Positions 24,753 to 38,199 of a DNA stretch of 64,000 bases are shown here, in pieces. The stretch comes from Eledone cirrhosa. Taxonomy: Eukaryota. The DNA is taken from NCBI GenBank assembly GCA_964016885.1, contig OZ024746.1, forward strand, positions 35,836,001-35,900,000. Direction: 5' to 3'. The position numbers were made by a program, and so were the translations under genes. Numbering within the stretch: the first letter of the stretch is position 1; every line of letters starts with the position of its first letter. The notes beneath the pieces were generated by a model that saw only the letters and a list, made by a program, of their open reading frames with translations, had not been told where the DNA came from and searched no databases.

Positions 24753-25560
24753 ACGGGTTGGCGTGTGGGTGGGGGTGTGGTAGTGGTGCCTTTGTCTATG
24801 GTAGCGGCGTTTGTGGTGGTGTGGTGGATGTATTGGTGGCTTCAGGTCCTTACATAGATACATAGTTAGACGCTCTTCGTTTGACAGATACCTTGTATAT
24901 ACGTATACGTACACACATATATGTATATATGTGCACATATATTGTTGTATAAACACACACAACATAAAACACATACGCACCACCACAAACGCCGCTACCA
25001 TAGACAAATGCACCACTACCACACGCCCACCCAAACGCCAACCCGTCTACTGACAATCCACTAACCTCATACCACAGCCCATCCCACTAAATAACCTTAA
25101 TCAGCACCATATCATCACATCCACCCCCACATACTCTACACGCCAAGGCCAACCCACCACCACCACGCCACAGCCCACCTCATCCACAGACCGTCACCAA
25201 CATCTCACCATCACACCCACCCGCATATACACTACAGACCAGTGCATCGCCTTGATCCTGCCCACCAATCAAAACAACTCATTTTGTCAAACTCTTGAAA
25301 CTCTGACTTTACCACATAGCATGTATTTCATTTTCTTATAGCATTTTAAGAGGGTCCGTCGAGCTGCCGATTATTGAGTCGGGTAGGATCGATATAGATC
25401 GAACCTTGAGCTGATCAGTGGCGAAACGCGCGTCACCTATCAATAAATGCAATGAAGGAATAATCAATCGTCATTTTTATCCTTTTTATATTTTACACTC
25501 TGTATAGCTCTACACATCATCACAGAAGTGAACCTAAACATCGAGTGCTCACCCGGGTGA
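24753..25560 (+). mobile_element. Putative PLE-derived element with an inverted 5' segment and a hammerhead-like 3' motif
   Basis: Inverted repeat 24753-24821 / 24978-25046. Minus strand EERLTMYLCKDLKPPI resembles a GIY-YIG tail. GAAACGCGCGTC at 25423. Confidence 0.45.
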
Positions 25561-25732
25561 ACCTGCAGTAACTCCTAGTTACACCCACTGGATATAAATA
25601 TATATATTCACAGAGAGAGCTAGAGAGAGGAGGGGAGAGAGGGAAGGGGAGAGAGAGAGAAGGGGAGAGAGAGACAGAGAGAGAGAGAGATTGAGAGAAA
25701 TACAGTTACACGAGGCGTATTATCATTATAAT

Positions 25733-25901
25733 AATAATTGTTTCTACATTTGGCACAAGGCCAGTAATTATTCCAGTGCAGTACTGGTACTTTGTTTTAT
25801 CGACTCCGTAAGGATGAAAGACAAAGTTAACCTCGGTGGGATTTGAACTCAAATCATAAAGGGATGGTGCCCGACCCTCTATCGATACTGATAATCCACC
25901 A
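25733..25901 (-). mobile_element. tRNA-derived SINE
   Basis: Reverse complement matches the SINE consensus, with an internal deletion. Confidence 0.85.
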
Positions 25902-26922
25902 CCTTTAATAATAATAAAATATATCACGTGAACAAACAAAAGAAAATATAATACACCTCCGGACACATAACTGATAGAGATGGACTGATTAAAACTGGGA
26001 TTAGTTTTCAAAATTTGTTTGCTAGATCAAAGCTAATCAACATTAGAGCTGTCAACAATTGCTAAGAAGTCATGAGACTTGATTATATGTTGTAGCCAAA
26101 CAAATGTTAGATTTCCATCGTAGTAACGTATGGATACACACATCCATCCATACATACATACATACGTACATATATACAAACACATAGCTGCGGCAATAAA
26201 GAAATAACGGGGATTGTCCGGCCGCTTCTTCTTCGCATCGGTTGCTGTCGATACTTCAGGCGTACTTTGAAACCATACTACCGAGCTCCTTCGTAATATC
26301 GTTACGTTAGCGGCCCGTCTGAGGAAGGATCCCGCGAGGAGGAAAGGCTGTTGCAGTAGGTCTCGGCTGCTATTGTTAGCGGGGCGCGCCCCAATAGCAC
26401 CGCACCCTCGTCCCAGACATCCTCACCCTAGCCTTTCTCCCTCGCTAATTACCTGTGACACTAGGGCCTTTGCCTTCCGTTTCCTTTTTTTATTTTTAGA
26501 TTTTCTTATTTCACATTTCATTCTTTCTTCTCAATCTATTTTTTTCTTTTTCGTTTAATTAGTTTTCTTCTTGCTTCTAAACTTGTTAAACGTTACCGCA
26601 ACGTGGAAGAAAAATGCATACATAATATGAAAGAGTACAGGTTGAATGTTCCATTGAAAATTCCAATAAAATGCATGCATACCAGATCACCTATAAAGAT
26701 AGGGGTCAGAAAGAAAGCATGCACACTAGTAGAAGTCAGCTGCCGAGAAGTTGCCAATATTAAAAATTAGTGAAAACCTGTATATCTATGCAGATCTAAT
26801 GAGGAATAGTCAGATAAACCTCACTGACTATACCTTCAGAGTTATACCAGTGATTATTGGGGCATATACATATATATATATATACATATATATATATTTA
26901 TATATATGTGTGTGTGTGTATT

Positions 26923-26970
<48 letters not shown>

Positions 26971-26997
26971 GTAATAATAATAATAATAATAATATTA

Positions 26998-27049
26998 ATT
27001 AAAATAACAGATTAAAGTTTAAGCTTAAACTTTAATCTGTTATTTTAAT
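26998..27049. repeat. Perfect 52-bp palindrome
   Basis: attaaaataacagattaaagtttaag|cttaaactttaatctgttattttaat. Confidence 0.95.
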
Positions 27050-27229
27050 ATATATATATATATATATTGTTATACTTTGGGAGGGTCATGTTGCCAATAA
27101 GAAACACACGCACCAGTTGCTTTCACTTCAATTTATTATATATTTATAAATTTATAAATTTACAAATTTACAAACTTATAAATTTCTGGTTGGTTGGTTG
27201 GTTCCACAACCAGATAGTTGTTTATATAT

Positions 27230-27274
27230 AGTCATAGTCCTTTCGTCACACACGCTGTGACCTCTTCAGTGACT
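27230..27274 (-). ncRNA. Minimal type I hammerhead in the PLE pseudo-LTR
   Basis: Reverse complement AGTCA-CTGAAGA-G-GTCACA-GCGTG-TGTGAC-GAAA-GGAC-TA-TGACT. Confidence 0.8.
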
Positions 27275-27579
27275 GGGGATTCCTCTCTTTGTTTCTGTGA
27301 CTTTCCTTTCTTCTATCCCACGCCATTTTGTTACTGTGTGTGTGTTGTGTGCTCAGTTTGCGCATGCGCCACATCCGGGTGTCTGTGTGTGTTTGTGTTC
27401 ATTTATCTATTTGTTTATTTATTTATTTATTTATTTATTGTTGGTTGGTTGTTTGTTCTATGTGTGTGTGTGTTTTCATTTTGTCCTGTGTGTGTTTTCA
27501 TTTTGTCCTTAATTGTAAGTTGTTTGTTCTATGTGTGTGTGTGTTTTCATTTTGTCCTGTGTGTGTTTTCATTTTGTCC

Positions 27580-28047
27580 TTAATTGTAAGTTGTGATGTT
27601 GCTGTTCCACTCATATTTTCTATTTAATTTTGGTTTTAATTCTTTTATGCTTACTGCCTCTGTAATTTGCCTAAACATTGCGTCTTTTCTGTGTGTGGAT
27701 TCTATTTTTATTTCTATGTTCTCTAATCTACCCCTGTGTTCTATCTTAGCATGTTGGTAGAGCACAGATGATTCTTTATTATCTTGGAGGTCTCGCCACT
27801 GTTCATTTATTCGTTCCCCTATACTACGAGCTGTCTCACCTATGTACACTATATTTTTGTTTCTACATTGTCCTTCAGTACATCTTATGCTATACACTAC
27901 ATTTCTAGTTTTACAGTAAATATGGGGGCTTATTTTACAGGTTATACATTTCTTATCTATACATGAGGGTCTTTGGAACGGGTATATCCGGCTAATAAGT
28001 GTTTTTACGGAGGTACCTGGTCTTTCTACTATCTTAATATTGAGATA
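27580..28047 (-). pseudogene. PLE Cys-rich linker plus GIY-YIG endonuclease (5'-truncated, open frame)
   Basis: The frame extends upstream of the tracked ORF: YLNIKIVERPGTSVKTLISRIYPFQRPSCIDKKCITCKISPHIYCKTRNVVYSIRCTEGQC..VYIGETARS..R..QITEAVSI..LNRKYEW. Confidence 0.88.
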
Positions 28048-28091
28048 ATCTCAATATAAGCCCCCATATTAACTGTAAAACTAGAAATGTA

Positions 28092-28409
28092 GTGTATAGC
28101 ATAAGATGTACTGAAGGACAATGTAGAAACAAAAATATAGTGTACATAGGTGAGACAGCTCGTAGTATAGGGGAACGAATAAATGAACAGTGGCGAGACC
28201 TCCAAGATAATAAAGAATCATCTGTGCTCTACCAACATGCTAAGATAGAACACAGGGGTAGATTAGAGAACATAGAAATAAAAATAGAATCCACACACAG
28301 AAAAGACGCAATGTTTAGGCAAATTACAGAGGCAGTAAGCATAAAAGAATTAAAACCAAAATTAAATAGAAAATATGAGTGGAACAGCAACATCACAACT
28401 TACAATTAA
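28092..28409 (+). pseudogene. GIY-YIG endonuclease, inverted duplicate
   Basis: Translation is identical to 27580-27897 on the opposite strand. Confidence 0.88.
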
Positions 28410-28718
28410 GGACAAAATGAAAACACACACAGGACAAAATGAAAACACACACACACATAGAACAAACAACTTACAATTAAGGACAAAATGAAAACACACA
28501 CAGGACAAAATGAAAACACACACACACATAGAACAAACAACCAACCAACAATAAATAAATAAATAAATAAATAAATAAACAAATAGATAAATGAACACAA
28601 ACACACACAGACACCCGGATGTGGCGCATGCGCAAACTGAGCACACAACACACACACAGAAACAAAATGGCGTAGGATAGAAGAAAGGAAAGGCACAGAA
28701 ACAAAGAAAGGAATCCCC

Positions 28719-28763
28719 AGTCACTGAAGAGGTCACAGCGTGTGTGACGAAATGACTATGACT
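28719..28763 (+). ncRNA. Minimal type I hammerhead in the PLE pseudo-LTR
   Basis: AGTCA-CTGAAGA-G-GTCACA-GCGTG-TGTGAC-GAAA-TGAC-TA-TGACT. Confidence 0.8.
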
Positions 28764-29466
28764 ATATATAAACAACTATCTGGTTGTGGAACCAACCAAC
28801 CAACCAGAAATTTATAAGTTTGTAAATTTGTAAATTTATAAATTTATAAATATATAATAAATTGAAGTGAAAGCAACTGGTGCGTGTGTTTCTTATTGGC
28901 AACATGACCCTCCCAAAGTATAACAATATCGGTTTCAACACACCATTTCAGATAAAGAATCTTGCTAAACAAATTCAGAAACGAAATATATATATATATA
29001 TATATATGTATAGTAGAATAATCGAGTATCGGAAAATCGGGTCACGAGTTTACGATAAACAAATCCGACATGAGTGGCAGAGGGCTCAATAATTCAATTA
29101 AATCAGAGCTATAACTATCGTTAAAATACCAACACACAAAGATTATGGCTAAAATCACCCATGCGGCCGAAAAATTACGACCAGGAAGATTCGGGTCACT
29201 CAGATAAAATATCAATAAATCAATAAATCATATGAATGTAAAAAGCTTACCCGGACCCACTAGAAAGATGGTAAATCTAGCTTCTTGGGTTTCTGAAATT
29301 CCTTAATCCGCCCCCTATCAGCCCACATAAAAATATATAAGACTTCTAGAGAGCGAACGGACCGGAACAATTTATCAACGGGCATTGTCCAAATGAATAA
29401 AAAAGCTAACCCTAGCTGAGACGCACATGGTGTCCAGCAAGGGAGATAACCTCTATATCCGCGAAA

Positions 29467-29505
<39 letters not shown>

Positions 29506-30287
29506 CATTGATGAAGATACCTCATACAAGTAAGATTTTCCAGAAACTCATGATTTGCATGTGGTGATGTTTCATGTTTACATTACACAACGCATTACGT
29601 ACGCATCAACTTGTATGTGAGATTTATCAACTGTTGCAACTAATTGAATCACACATATCTTTGTTTCTGCATCACATTAGTTAAATTCCTTCCATTTTAT
29701 TTGATTCTATGACATAATGATACGTGTAATAATAATTGGCAAAGTAAGGAAGCGAAATATCGTTTTATATGTCCCTTGCAATAATCGCGAAAACATATTA
29801 TTCACTAGAAACCATATAACACATTGATGCAAATCTACTTGTTAACTAGGTACATTCCATTTTACGCTATTCACATTTTACTGAATGTCTTTCTGAAACA
29901 TAGAAAACCATTTCTTCTTTTCCGATAGTTAATTCGTCGGATATGCAATAAGATGTGATTAAAACATAGATGTACAATAATGATTTGTTCACTACAATTA
30001 CAGTTTAATATTCTGTAAATTTCACTTGCTGTAATTTAAAAGAAAAATCTTAAAATCATTATATAGACGAAGTAGAATAAGTCTAGGAAGCGATTTGGCA
30101 TGGGGCAACGAGCTGCCAGGAAGATATTTACTGTTAACCAATATTTCACACTTTTAACGCTTAACTGCGTGTTTGAAATTGTTAGAATCTACTGAAATAT
30201 TATGCCAGGTTGTTCGTAAATTTATACGTATTTTCTGCCCGTAATACTATAAACTTTAATCATGCAAACACACACACACACACACAT

Positions 30288-30323
<36 letters not shown>

Positions 30324-30324
30324 G

Positions 30325-30381
<57 letters not shown>

Positions 30382-30567
30382 CAACACAGATAAGACGTCA
30401 TAGCTAATGTGGTATATGAGGAAGAAGAAAGAACATTCTGCTTAATGTTCCTCTTTATGTATGATACACACATACATACACATTCAGATACACATACACG
30501 AAAACATACACTCACAGACACATACACACAAGCACACACACACGCACACAAACACGCACACACACAC

Positions 30568-30618
<51 letters not shown>

Positions 30619-31214
30619 TTTGTGTCTGTGTGTCTATAATACATACGTGTTGTAATTTGCTTAAAGCATTGTGTAAAGTGAAGAAAAATGTATTTTCTTT
30701 GAAAGGTATCACAATGGGAATTGGACGGAAAATGTTGCAAATATAATAATAACAAGGATTCGGAGAGGTTACTTTGCAGTTCTGTATAGGTCATTTTATT
30801 TTCTCGAAATATAATGATCTATAAATAACTAAAACGTATGTGAATGTGTGTATCATATATCACCATCATCAACCATACAATGTAATGTGTTTTTGTATAT
30901 TGATATATCCGTTTGTACAACTTTAAAGTATACACTCACGGTCTAACGCACAGTTTTGTTCAGTCTAGATAGAAACAAATAGTCATTCGATCATCTCTCT
31001 GTGAGGAATATAGTATTAAGTCAGTGTATATATATATATATATATATAAGGATTTAAATGGATACATTCAGTTAAAAGGAATTTATTGACACGTGTTTCA
31101 ATAACAGTTACATAACCTGAAAACAGCTGCAATCTACTATATATATATATATATTTTTCGAGTAAAATGACAGGAGGCCTAGCAGGTTGTATTCCTTATA
31201 TAGCTGTATGTATG

Positions 31215-31329
31215 TTTGTGTGTGTGTGTGTGTTTGTGTGTGTGTGGGGGGGTATATGTGTGTGTGTGTGTGTATGTGTGCGTGTGTGCGTGCGTGCGTG
31301 CGTGCGTGTGTGTGTGTGTGTGTGTGTGG

Positions 31330-31411
<82 letters not shown>

Positions 31412-31415
31412 GTGT
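31215..31415. repeat. (TG)n compound microsatellite
   Basis: Direct reading. Confidence 0.95.
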
Positions 31416-34400
31416 GGCAGCAGCAATCATTTTCGTGATGTAACATAGAAGAGAATCTGAAATAATATACAATATGTTTATATATGTTAAATATGCGAGA
31501 GTCACGCTTTGGATCTATTAAAATATTTAGACATAACATAACGCTATATCAGTAGCGTTTGCAAATGACGGTCCTGGATTTTCAACCATTGTATTTACTA
31601 ACTCAGAGAATCTAATTGACTAAACCCTATATATATTCTGCGCATTAAATGCCGGCTGGATAGGCTCATTTGCATAGCATCTACTCACGCAATCACACTA
31701 CCAGCGCTTAAACCTACAGAGAAACACACACATCAGTCATCGTTCGTTTAGCATATGTTCCTTTCATCATTATAGACACCACTCTATTTGATGGTCCCGC
31801 CACAATTGCCCTTCAATTACACCATTCAGTCAAATTACACAAATTTGTCGTAAAATTCTTTTTTGTCCGACGAGCAGGATGAAAGATTGCTGGAAGGAGA
31901 GAATGATAAGTATGAAATTATGACTATATGACAAGTGTGGTGGAATTCAGCAGGGTGTAAATCTACAGTGAAATTATCATTTAAAGGGCAACAGGAATCA
32001 CTAGGAAGTCAATTTAGCTTGGAAGTAAAGTAGTTTTAAAGAAAAAGGCATTTAATTATCTGTGTGAAACAGTAATTATAATTACGATAACAGTGAATAC
32101 GGTTTTTCTTTTCTATAATATGTATCCAACTTGAATTGACAGTTTTTACATACCAGTGGTATCATGCCTCGATAACTCCCAGTTCCACAAACGCGGAAGT
32201 ACTGTCAAACAGAGCTGTCGGTGATACACACTGAGCGACGATTTATTGCAGCATTCCGCCTCTGTTAAAAGTCGTTCACATTCATATCAGGTGTTGGGCT
32301 TGATCCTCCTGTCGATGTTAACAGAGACATATTTCATGATTTTCACATTCTCGCCTCATCTTACTGCATCGGTATTGTTTGTACCATTTTCCCTCTCTTT
32401 TGATACTATAAAACCAGCATATTACTCAGTGTAAATATTGCTGGATTCTTTCATGTCTCGTTTATATATATATATTACAGCGGGGCTAATACTTTGAAGC
32501 TTAAAATTAGGTGGCCACTGGCCTCATAGTTTTATTGGTGTTGGTGGCGATGATCTTATCCAACATTGATTGCATTTAGATAGTGTTTTGTTGTTATTTA
32601 CCAGTAGCTCAGACTGCATTTTTCATATATATATAATCCAAGACTCCATACCCATAAAACGAGTGGGTTTGACACAAACATACTGTTTTTAGCACTATAT
32701 TATCGGCAATTTAAATTCGTTTTATAGAAAGAGCAATTATTAACCACAAAGCAATAGTTTAAGCAGTCTCATTCAATGTTACTAATAGCGTCTCCGGGAA
32801 AAAAGATTATTGTAAAAAAAAAAAAAAAAAATACGAATTTCAGAAGAAAATATATGGAAACCCGTAATGCATTGATACTGTGTAGATTTAATATTTTGGC
32901 ATTATCGTTCGATAATTCTAGTTATTATTGTAAAGTCGGAAAAAAATGACTAAAATATATAACGCAAAACTCCACCCACTTGTCTAAAAGTATGTAATTT
33001 ACAACTATGTACTAGGACAGTTTTCCTGTTTTGTACGTAAGATATGAACTAAAGCATTTATAATACGCAACGGGGCGTGAAGTAGGAGTTACTTTGACAA
33101 CGAAAAAAAAAAAAAAGGATACCCACTCGCGAAACGAAAAAATATAGAAAAAGTATATAAATAATAGTGAGGAGGAAAAAATATGCCAAGAAGAGAAAAA
33201 AAGATAATAGTAGATAAAACAAATATGTAAGCACATATAATGATTCATCTAATTTTATATAATCCGATTTTAGATCAACACATATTTCAAGAAAACCAAG
33301 AAAACTTCAGTTAAATATGATCTATTGTAGCCGAACGACTTGTTACAACACACTTTTACATAATTTTGTTGGATAAATATAGAATTGTAAAATCACGCGG
33401 ACACACAATCTTATACATACACACATATATATATATATACATATATGTATGTATATACACATATATATATATATATATGTATATATATTGATATAAACAT
33501 ACATATTTATATTTATGTGATTTTATAAGCGGTGCTGATTCACCCGTACATAAATTGATATTTGTATTGATATGTATTGTTATGTGAATACAGCATAGAA
33601 TAGTTTTATGTGTTTCAAGAAGTTTCATAATAATGTCATTTGCTATTTTGAAATATCAAGTGAATCGACTCCTCAAATTACGTAGGATAATATGGACAGT
33701 GAAAACGAGATCCATACCAAACGGCCATTCTCAAAATCAGTATGATTAGTTGAAGGGTATTTTATGTCTACTCTTGATTGGTTTGCATGCAATATTCTCT
33801 GCACAAGATACAAGGGATATAAATGTATATTCCACCTCACCTCTATGATGAATATATATATAAAAAATTCCTGTATATATGTGTCCCACATGTAAGTTCA
33901 CTTATATTAGAACCTGAGTGTATTAGATGCCAGCTACTATCTAGTGATAATTGGCATCATATTATTTTCCCAAAGATATTATCTATATTTATATGTATTT
34001 TGCTTGGTAGTTATATGTTATCATTATATATAAAATTTAGAGGCATTAATCATCCTATCAACTTGCAACATTACGTAATGTTATGATATTCTACAGGGAG
34101 ATATACATTTATTTATTTGTATATAGCATACATAAGGTATCCTTTAATATTAAAATGGATTTATATGTGGTGGCACTATTTCGAATACATAACATAATCA
34201 TTGATAGCTTATTAATATGGTTCTCAGGTTTGGGAAAACTCTCTGATGTTCAAGATACGGACTCTATCGAATAACGTTAATCGGAGGAACTTCAATTCGG
34301 CTGCCTCAATTCGCAATCGTATTATTTCGGTCATTACCCAATACCGGTCATTACTCTAATACCCAAATGAAGATTGTGAGTTTGGCTTTTACGCCTACCT

Positions 34401-35001
34401 CACTTCTTCTAAATACTGAATGAGGAAGCTGGAGCATCACTGCATTAGTTCTTGCATTTTTTGCACATAATTAAACCTCCAGCTTTGCACATCTCGTGCA
34501 CACGGATACTTGATATGTTCTACATTCTTCAGTGAAACTGCATTCACATTCAGAGTGCACAGCAAGGTCTTTCTTGAGAGGACTAGTGTATCAGATTTCA
34601 CTGCACTGATGTTCATTCCAGCAATTCAGCACTCGGCATCACGCGAGTGCAAGTCTGAGATCACCGTTTGGCATGTGGTATAATATACATGTCATTGGCT
34701 TCATATATTTTCTGTAGATATATCCATATTTGATGGCATAACTCAAGTTATATTGTAGATATGAATACGTGTAAAACGTAGAATGGAGTATTATGAAAGA
34801 ACGGTGATAAACCTCGGCATACTGCACAAAAAGCATAGCAGAATATATTTTATCTATCAGAAATCTCTCAATCTAACGACAACAAAAACTATTACTACTA
34901 CTAAAAAGAAAAGATGCGAGATTGGTGTCATAGAAATGAAAATAATATATATTCAGATAGAGAAAGAAACAACCATATATATATATATATGTTTACACAC
35001 G

Positions 35002-35058
<57 letters not shown>

Positions 35059-35097
35059 ATATATATATGAATTTATACATGGATATATATATATCTA

Positions 35098-35152
<55 letters not shown>

Positions 35153-35302
35153 ATCCATGTATACATTCATATACAGTGCAAAGTTTCTGTAAGTGTGTAC
35201 GTGTATGCTTGCAAGTGTGTGCGTCTGTATATGTGGACAAACACTTAGAATGATTGATAGAGCAAAGTGAGAAAGAGAGAAAGAGCAATGTTTTGTAAGT
35301 GT

Positions 35303-35380
<78 letters not shown>

Positions 35381-36194
35381 AAATGAGAGAGAAGAAGAGA
35401 TTTGGGGAGAGAATGTGAGCGAGATGTAAATAGAGATAGATTGTACTTGCATAATTAAAATGAGGAAGTGTCTGGAGAGCTGCGTACATCATTCGATGAT
35501 CAATTATCGATAGGTGTCGCGGTCGTCTACTTCCTCAGTACCAATCGGTGTTATATCAGACACCGTTAATTATTTTGTCAGAAACAGATGCTTATAGTGT
35601 GGATATGATATATGAACAAAAGCAGTGTATGGCATTAAACGGTAATAGTTAATATAAGATAGGCCTCTTTCATAGTATCAACATTTTCTTTAATCAAATA
35701 TAGCCGACCTCTACATTAGTCACTTTACATACAGGCAAATGCATATAAACACGCAAATGAATATACGTACACACGCACAAACACAATCACGTACATTCAT
35801 AATTGCACACACACAATACTTCATATGGTAGAAATAGTCCAGCTTAATATATTGAATATTGACATTTTCTACAGCTCTTTGTATATGTAGTCTGTTAAAC
35901 CAATATTCTTTAGGCCATGTCGCACGAAATTTTTCCAGTCTTTTTTCTATATTCAACAATATTCATTAATGAGTTCAGGTAGGAGCCTTTATCGAAATTG
36001 ATATCCGACTTGCTAAAAGTAGGTCCGAAGTTATCCTCATAAGTGTCTTAAAACAATGAAAGGATGTGTTGGACCGTTCTCGGTTCTAATGATGAATGTT
36101 CTAATTATTCGCACAGCGATAGAAACAGCTTAGGTCATTGACGTACAAATGCCTAAAAATGTCACAGAGACTATTAACGGTTAAGTAGTTCTAA

Positions 36195-36325
36195 CTGAGA
36201 TTCAGTGTGATATGGTGTGTGATAAGGCAGGCCATTTTGGTTAATAGATACAATCCATTTGTGTCCATTTGCTAGAATGCTGTGACCTGAAATAAAATGC
36301 ATTGTTCAAGGTCACACCGACCAGA
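36195..36325 (-). mobile_element. Decayed SINE fragment of another family
   Basis: gtgtgataaggcaggcc ... tgaaataaaatgcattgttcaaggtcacac resembles the reverse complement of the cttgagcaa-type SINE body at 24550. Confidence 0.35.
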
Positions 36326-37070
36326 AAAATCTAACAAGTAATCCGAGCACATTTTCTGTAGAATACATTGAATATTATAATGCTAGATACATTTTTCATG
36401 AACGAAAAACAATCCTGACAGTCACAACCAGGTCAGATTTGATCATAGTACCGACTAATCTGATGATTTGTAAGTAGATCGCATAGTGTTGTTACATTAA
36501 ATTCAGCCAAAGAATGTGCTGTTCGTCGAACAGCCTGCATTGGAAATAACTATACAAGGGGCTAACTATTACACTGAAACGCCCAACATTAGCCTAATTC
36601 TCAGGTTGTTGTTTTTGTGACACAGGTCATGACAAAGTTCAATGTTTCAATACCAGTTACATTCCATTCTTTTCTTTTGCCAGCTAAATGGATGTTGTAA
36701 AGGGAAATATATTTTTTTTTACTGTAGGACATAACGTGGAGGCCTGAAACAAGATACGAGAGACACATCATAGTAACAACTAAGCCAGTCAACTTCAATA
36801 GATAAACAGTATCCTCTAAGAAAAAGAATCACAGAGATACCCTATACAATGATATAGGTAACGATACATGGAGTAAATTGTAAACATATCTAAGCTTATT
36901 ACCTCGCTGCTTTGCATTCTCACTAATCGGTAAATGATTACCTTGTCTATAAGCAAATAACATAAGCTGATAATGAAGGTTTACATTCAGATACAGATTT
37001 CTATAATGAAGGTGCGTATATGTTTATATGCATGACTCTCGTATTTTGTAGGAATTGTTATAGATGAAAG

Positions 37071-37245
<175 letters not shown>

Positions 37246-37556
37246 TGTGTATTATTGGAAGGGGTGTATGATTTTGGACAAGTTACATGTTCCTGCGTGT
37301 TTGCATTTTAATATTATCATGTATTTCTTAACGTAATAGTAGCTGGAAACTTGTTTAATTCCTATCATTATTATAACGATTAAGTTATCCCGTTTCAAAT
37401 TATTGCTACGAGTATATTTTTGTATATTGTAGTTGGATAAAATTAGTAATTAATGATAAAGGTTATTCTCGTATTGTATCGGCTTACTCTATATAATAGA
37501 TACTATTGTAATTTATCTTTCTTACACATTTAACCTACATTATTGTGATAACTATA

Positions 37557-37741
37557 GGGCGGTGGATTGGCAGTATCGGTAGAGGGTCGGACGTCATGCT
37601 TTCCAGCATAGTTACGTCCCTTTACGATCTGAGTTCAAATCCCGCCGAGGTTGACTTTGCCTTTCATCCTTACGGGGTCGATAAAATAAAGTACCAGTAA
37701 TGCACTGGGTAATTGCTGGCCTTGTGCCAAAAGTAGAAACA
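37557..37741 (+). mobile_element. Young full-length tRNA-derived SINE with TSD
   Basis: Intact A and B boxes. Direct repeat attattgtgataactata at 37539-37556 and 37742-37759. Confidence 0.93.
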
Positions 37742-38199
37742 ATTATTGTGATAACTATATGCTTCTTTCTATAGTTGACGAATTTCTTATATTCTTGTAT
37801 GTTCGGTGTATATAAAGTCGAATATATAAAACTGTAACTTTTAGTTAAGTAACTTTATTACAGATGTTTATATTCACAAGCGAACATAATATGTGAGATG
37901 AACCAATCAGCCAGTGAGGTCAGAGAGAACGAAAGGTATTATTACCATTGTCTCAATGTTAACACGTATGAAGATGTTTTTTTAAACTTTAAATACACGT
38001 GAATCGAAGTAGTTAATAGTGCCTTGATGTATACTTGAGATCTACGAATTGCTTCTCAACTTGGGCATGTTTATCTTCATTGTTAATTTATAGGCGATGA
38101 ATTGCTTGTATTATATAATGGATGGTTAGTATGTTACATGATGTACTATATATGTTTAACATTTTACAATGTATCCAATTGAATAAGCCCTTGGCGAGT

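Larger units (their letters stand above)
27066..28927. mobile_element. Penelope-like element (Naiad- or Neptune-like) 3' end duplicated as a head-to-head palindrome
   Basis: Left arm (minus) 27066-28047 and right arm (plus) 28048-28927 are near identical. Each carries a GIY-YIG ORF, a pLTR and a hammerhead. Confidence 0.92.

Noticed and set aside
29010-29470. Unique-looking segment after the palindrome with a minus-strand CTGATAG...GAAACCC
   Set aside because: The core is not canonical and the stems do not pair. Unclassified.
33094-33140. TTGACAA...GAAACG U3-A8 candidate
   Set aside because: No stem III, cleavage triplet or stem I.
34400-34640. Cys-rich minus-strand text resembling a transposon CXC tail
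   Set aside because: Interrupted by stops and has no other transposase motif.
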